Of a DNA stretch of 64,000 nucleotides, positions 61,901 to 64,000 are shown in pieces. The position numbers and the translations under genes are program-made. The stretch is taken from IMG/VR virus record IMGVR_UViG_3300045988_179183; one strand, given 5' to 3'. Position 1 is the stretch's first letter, and every line of letters starts with the position of its first letter. The notes under the pieces were generated by a model. It was given only the letters and a program-made list of their open reading frames with translations. It did no database searches and was not told the origin of the DNA. This DNA comes from a virus.

Positions 61901-62996
61901 AAGCATATTTACTTCGAGGATTTCCTTTTTTATACTGGGATGAACCGTCAGTATCAATTAACCCGGCTAAAAGTTTCAACCGTTGTTCCCTTGATCCAAG
62001 AAGATAAATTTCAGGTATATGCTTATTACCAAGAACCCCTAAATCTTTAAGAGCGGTTTTTAGGCGGTTTTTGAATAACCTTTCTTTTTCAATAATTCGA
62101 TATGAATATTTATTTGAATTATGTTTTGACAAAATAAAACCGTTTTTCTCACAAAATTCATTTAAATATTCAATTATTTCATGATCAATAGTTGTCACTA
62201 CGGGTTCCGTGTATAAACCATCACCCAACCACAACCCCAATAAATACGGATCAACAGGAAGGTCTTTTTCAGGAAGGTCCCACCCCTTCGTTCTATACCC
62301 CATTATTTTTCTCTGAGTGTACCCTGGCATAGAGGGGATCTCCTCAACGGGAATATTAAAGGTTTTCCAGCGCATATCTTTCCCAATACGTTTTTCATAT
62401 CGAGATGGAACCTTCTTTTTGCAACAAACAATATGACCCTCGTTTACAACGTAATCAATACCCCATGTTTGTTTCACTTTCCACATTCTCGATCTACCTT
62501 TGTGTAAAGATAAAACGGTTCTTGGTTTTGAATCGGGCCCCATAACTTGATCTCCGATCGAAACATCCTTTATCTTGCGAATCGTTCCATCAGCCATCAC
62601 TATTTCTGTCTCGGGAGATAAACACTTTCCCGATGAGCGGCTCGCTAAAATGCAGTTATACAAATATAACTGGAATAGGTTACCCCATTCAAGGTTTCTC
62701 CATCCCTGTCGAAACGTTGGAAGACAAACAGTTTTAAAATAATTATAACTCTGCTTACGTAGCGAGAGGTCCATGCTCTTCTCCACGTTGGCGAGATATT
62801 CCAGTTTTTCCATGTCAAGAGTTCTATCCATGTGGGTAACGATGCATGTTTGTTCTCTCATCACGGATAGAAGCCGATCCAAATCATTTTCATAACCTGA
62901 AAGTAACTCTTGGATCGCCTTCGGTGGTAAACTCGATATTATCTCCCTGACGTAGTTATCTATATAGCTTTCTTGTACGGGAGATAATAACATCAT
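58983..62996 (-). CDS. terL: Terminase large subunit, interrupted by two inteins
   Basis: Exteins (124 + 146 + 283 aa): Walker A ASRSSGK|S, Walker B AVVCDDLPDE, VLG|TPYS coupling motif, nuclease VGCDFAISGNVGADYTV ... GHDDICMS. Confidence 0.85.
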   Translation of the reverse strand: MMLLSPVQESYIDNYVREIISSLPPKAIQELLSGYENDLDRLLSVMREQTCIVTHMDRTLDMEKLEYLANVEKSMDLSLRKQSYNYFKTVCLPTFRQGWRNLEWGNLFQLYLYNCILASRSSGKCLSPETEIVMADGTIRKIKDVSIGDQVMGPDSKPRTVLSLHKGRSRMWKVKQTWGIDYVVNEGHIVCCKKKVPSRYEKRIGKDMRWKTFNIPVEEIPSMPGYTQRKIMGYRTKGWDLPEKDLPVDPYLLGLWLGDGLYTEPVVTTIDHEIIEYLNEFCEKNGFILSKHNSNKYSYRIIEKERLFKNRLKTALKDLGVLGNKHIPEIYLLGSREQRLKLLAGLIDTDGSSQYKKGNPRSKYAFEIGFKDRNLIEQTQRLAQSLGFRCNSIITRTADVKVKTLKGENILHDYTHYRITISGDVDEIPVKIERKKIPSKITVQDNLSTSLKVECIGDGDYVGFSCDGDHLFLLKDGTVVHNSYEGCFAFILWRLYSYDRPTTFLRDSIDNKNRKETCMITNNETLGKKHIAMIISEIEQNDILREKLNRNGKAKLAATSITTETDSILHLRSKDSMIRGLHVGAVVCDDLPDESSLYSQEQREKLHEVFYGSITPIVEPFGYLCVLGCVRPDTYVFTENGLTEIGKLSPVNIEREKGFFPLDMNIHDGEGFVNATDYYVNGKTPTKIITLSNGLEIETSFIHPLLRCNSETGLFEWVNAKDLYEGDFVAFKMGSNIWGRSLGIEGEELYEIGLCIADGTLDLSGYGNRVTITKKNPGIRNFLINERGYHPKKNHIGMSFNSKEKISTWLSLGYRKGMYSHTKTIPDKIMSASEEDVIWFLRGCFDGDGCCYHGHRSDKGINVSYFSTSFRLIQQIQILLLNMGIDSRIEKKKCQSTELVKSNRTGYNLVISKNSSVKLFMEKIGFTYSGKGKVPRETRRESSCIDKGIPFQSVILRKIRSKYPLGNDKMKFYGMRSGDFYTKVHSFKRMNGPIKKWILSLPQNDPDVQIILSNMNLKYHFAPIKSIIESESYTVDFKIPISHRFISNGIISHNTPYSATDIYGDLKKDGRFKVFEYPAVFPNGQLLAPDRLTFKRLTEERKSLGTLVFNREYLVVPIADTSTIFPYEFLKRSIRGMEHISFANDIESYPIKLVRVVVGCDFAISGNVGADYTVYTVWGMDAHGLIYLINIFREQGASHDLQVNKLIEFNARYKPNKSVCESNGFQRILAGMAKERGLVNVEEFITTEGNKKDLKSGLPSLSAFFESARLRVPYGDENTRKLVDTMFGEFNSIAFNSKKGTLESVCGHDDICMSSFMAIQDLRENNVQAMIDFVDLD
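59835..61112 (-). mobile_element. Intein 2 (426 aa) with LAGLIDADG endonuclease, in terL
   Basis: CVRPDTYVFTENGLTEIGKL (block A), ETSFIHPLL (block B), IGLCIADGTLD and FLRGCFDGDGCC, ends NGIISHN|T. Confidence 0.85.
61551..62624 (-). mobile_element. Intein 1 (358 aa) with LAGLIDADG endonuclease, in the terL P-loop
   Basis: CLSPETEIVMADGTIRKIKDVSIGDQV (block A), LLGLWLGDGLY and LLAGLIDTDGSS, ends KDGTVVHN|S. Confidence 0.85.
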
Positions 62997-63655
62997 GATG
63001 GTATCTGAAATTTAAATTGTTCCCTGAAAGATCCCTCACCGTTTGATTGGGATGCTACACCTTCTCCTCTCAATTTTTTGATATACGTGATAAAAAGCTG
63101 AGCGTTCGATCTTGTATCATAGATCGCCCTGTGGGCCCCCACCAAGGCTATATCGTTATTACTACAACATGTCGCAAGCTTATAATCCTGCTGTTCAAGA
63201 GATGAGTAATAAGCTAATTTCTGCGTGTCCTCAACCCATTTCACATATTTCCACACATCATCACCGTAATATTTGAATAATTCGATCGTGAAAGGGTGGT
63301 CAAACCCCGTGAAATTATGTCCGCATACAATTGCTCCCTGACGCGGATTCTTATATTTCACATACAAATCTTTTATCTCCTTGTAAATGATTTTCGGATC
63401 TTTTCCTTGTTCGTCCAACATATCAAGTGTGAGACCGTTCACCTCCAGCGCTTTAGGTGCGTAGACAAGACCATCTTTGTAATGAGGCTTAAATAATGAT
63501 TGGTACTCTTCAATCACCTCCAACTTTTCCATATCAACGACAACGCACGCCACCTCGCATAACGCTATATCAATGAACGGTTGATGGTCTTTATCGGGTA
63601 ATCCCCCGGTCTCATAATCTTGAACGATTACATATTTTACACTACTTTTCGCCAT
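62993..63655 (-). CDS. dnaQ: DnaQ-like 3'-5' exonuclease (DEDDh)
   Basis: VIVQDYETGGL (Exo I), VCGHNFTGFDHPF (Exo II), GAHRAIYDTRSNAQL (Exo III, H-x4-D). Confidence 0.85.
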   Translation of the reverse strand: MAKSSVKYVIVQDYETGGLPDKDHQPFIDIALCEVACVVVDMEKLEVIEEYQSLFKPHYKDGLVYAPKALEVNGLTLDMLDEQGKDPKIIYKEIKDLYVKYKNPRQGAIVCGHNFTGFDHPFTIELFKYYGDDVWKYVKWVEDTQKLAYYSSLEQQDYKLATCCSNNDIALVGAHRAIYDTRSNAQLFITYIKKLRGEGVASQSNGEGSFREQFKFQIPS

Positions 63656-63899
63656 TTTCTTTCAATAAATTATACGTTTTTATTCTTGGATCTTTTTTTG
63701 AGATCACCTTTTCAATCCTATTTCCTCCCAAATACTTAGGTAGACGGCCCCTATTGCAATACGCTTTCACATCGTGAATAGTGAATTCCTTCGCTACACC
63801 CGACCCTTCCGTGGAAACGGGGGTTTTCATTTTATTCTCATTTAACCAATCTCTCAATGTTGAAAGAGTAACTCCCTCCAAAACAAACTTATTATCCAT
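63642..63899 (-). CDS. Hypothetical protein
   Basis: 85-aa ORF. No motif recognised. Confidence 0.45.
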   Translation of the reverse strand: MDNKFVLEGVTLSTLRDWLNENKMKTPVSTEGSGVAKEFTIHDVKAYCNRGRLPKYLGGNRIEKVISKKDPRIKTYNLLKENGEK

Positions 63900-64000
63900 T
63901 CTTTCTTCTTACTATTAAATCAAAATCATCATCACGGTCGTGTTCATCCGTATACGATAATACGGTGTTGTAAATTAACGGTCGACGCGTGACGTCCAAA
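63892..64000 (-). CDS. 3' end of an ORF entering from beyond the window
   Basis: My translation: ...LDVTRRPLIYNTVLSYTDEHDRDDDFDLIVRRKNG*. The stop overlaps ATG 63899. Confidence 0.3.
   Translation of the reverse strand, partial: LDVTRRPLIYNTVLSYTDEHDRDDDFDLIVRRKNG

Overview
This window is a 64-kb stretch of a tailed dsDNA phage genome. I recognised no rRNA, tRNA, CRISPR array or integrase. There are about 90 genes, almost all on the minus strand, plus one 3-kb plus-strand island (8294-11333).

Layout:
- 1-15.7 kb: minor head protein, portal, tail-fibre and lysis genes.
- 16-26 kb: small ORFs of unknown function.
- 26-64 kb: nucleotide metabolism and replication/recombination genes. These are a class II RNR, UvrD-like and SNF2-like helicases, NAD-dependent ligase, RuvC-like resolvase, Rad50/Mre11-like pair, RecA, a split DnaE, primase, DnaB-like helicase and DnaQ-like exonuclease. 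The large terminase also sits in this block.

Stand-out observations:
1. A full preQ0 pathway (FolE, QueD, QueE, QueC) sits next to a DpdA/TGT-type transglycosylase, a translationally coupled ParB-like protein and a possible second TGT-like paralog. Together this is a predicted 7-deazaguanine DNA-hypermodification module with several uncharacterised members.
2. Six LAGLIDADG inteins lie in five genes: large terminase (two), RecA (Ala-1, class-3-like), portal, QueC and the minor head protein. They make up about 10% of the window.
3. dnaE is interrupted at its catalytic PDxDxDF motif by a GIY-YIG homing-endonuclease gene, possibly within a group I intron.
4. Sixteen copies of a conserved promoter (TTTG-N19-21-TATCTTTA, which suggests a Bacteroidota host) are overlapped by a 17-bp inverted repeat. 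There are also duplicated terminator-promoter cassettes and a promoter-terminator unit ahead of the lysis genes.
5. Non-coding structure includes iteron-like 23-bp repeats beside a wHTH gene, two 36-bp perfect AT palindromes and a TCATGT array.

All calls come from reading motifs by eye. No database search or RNA folding was run.
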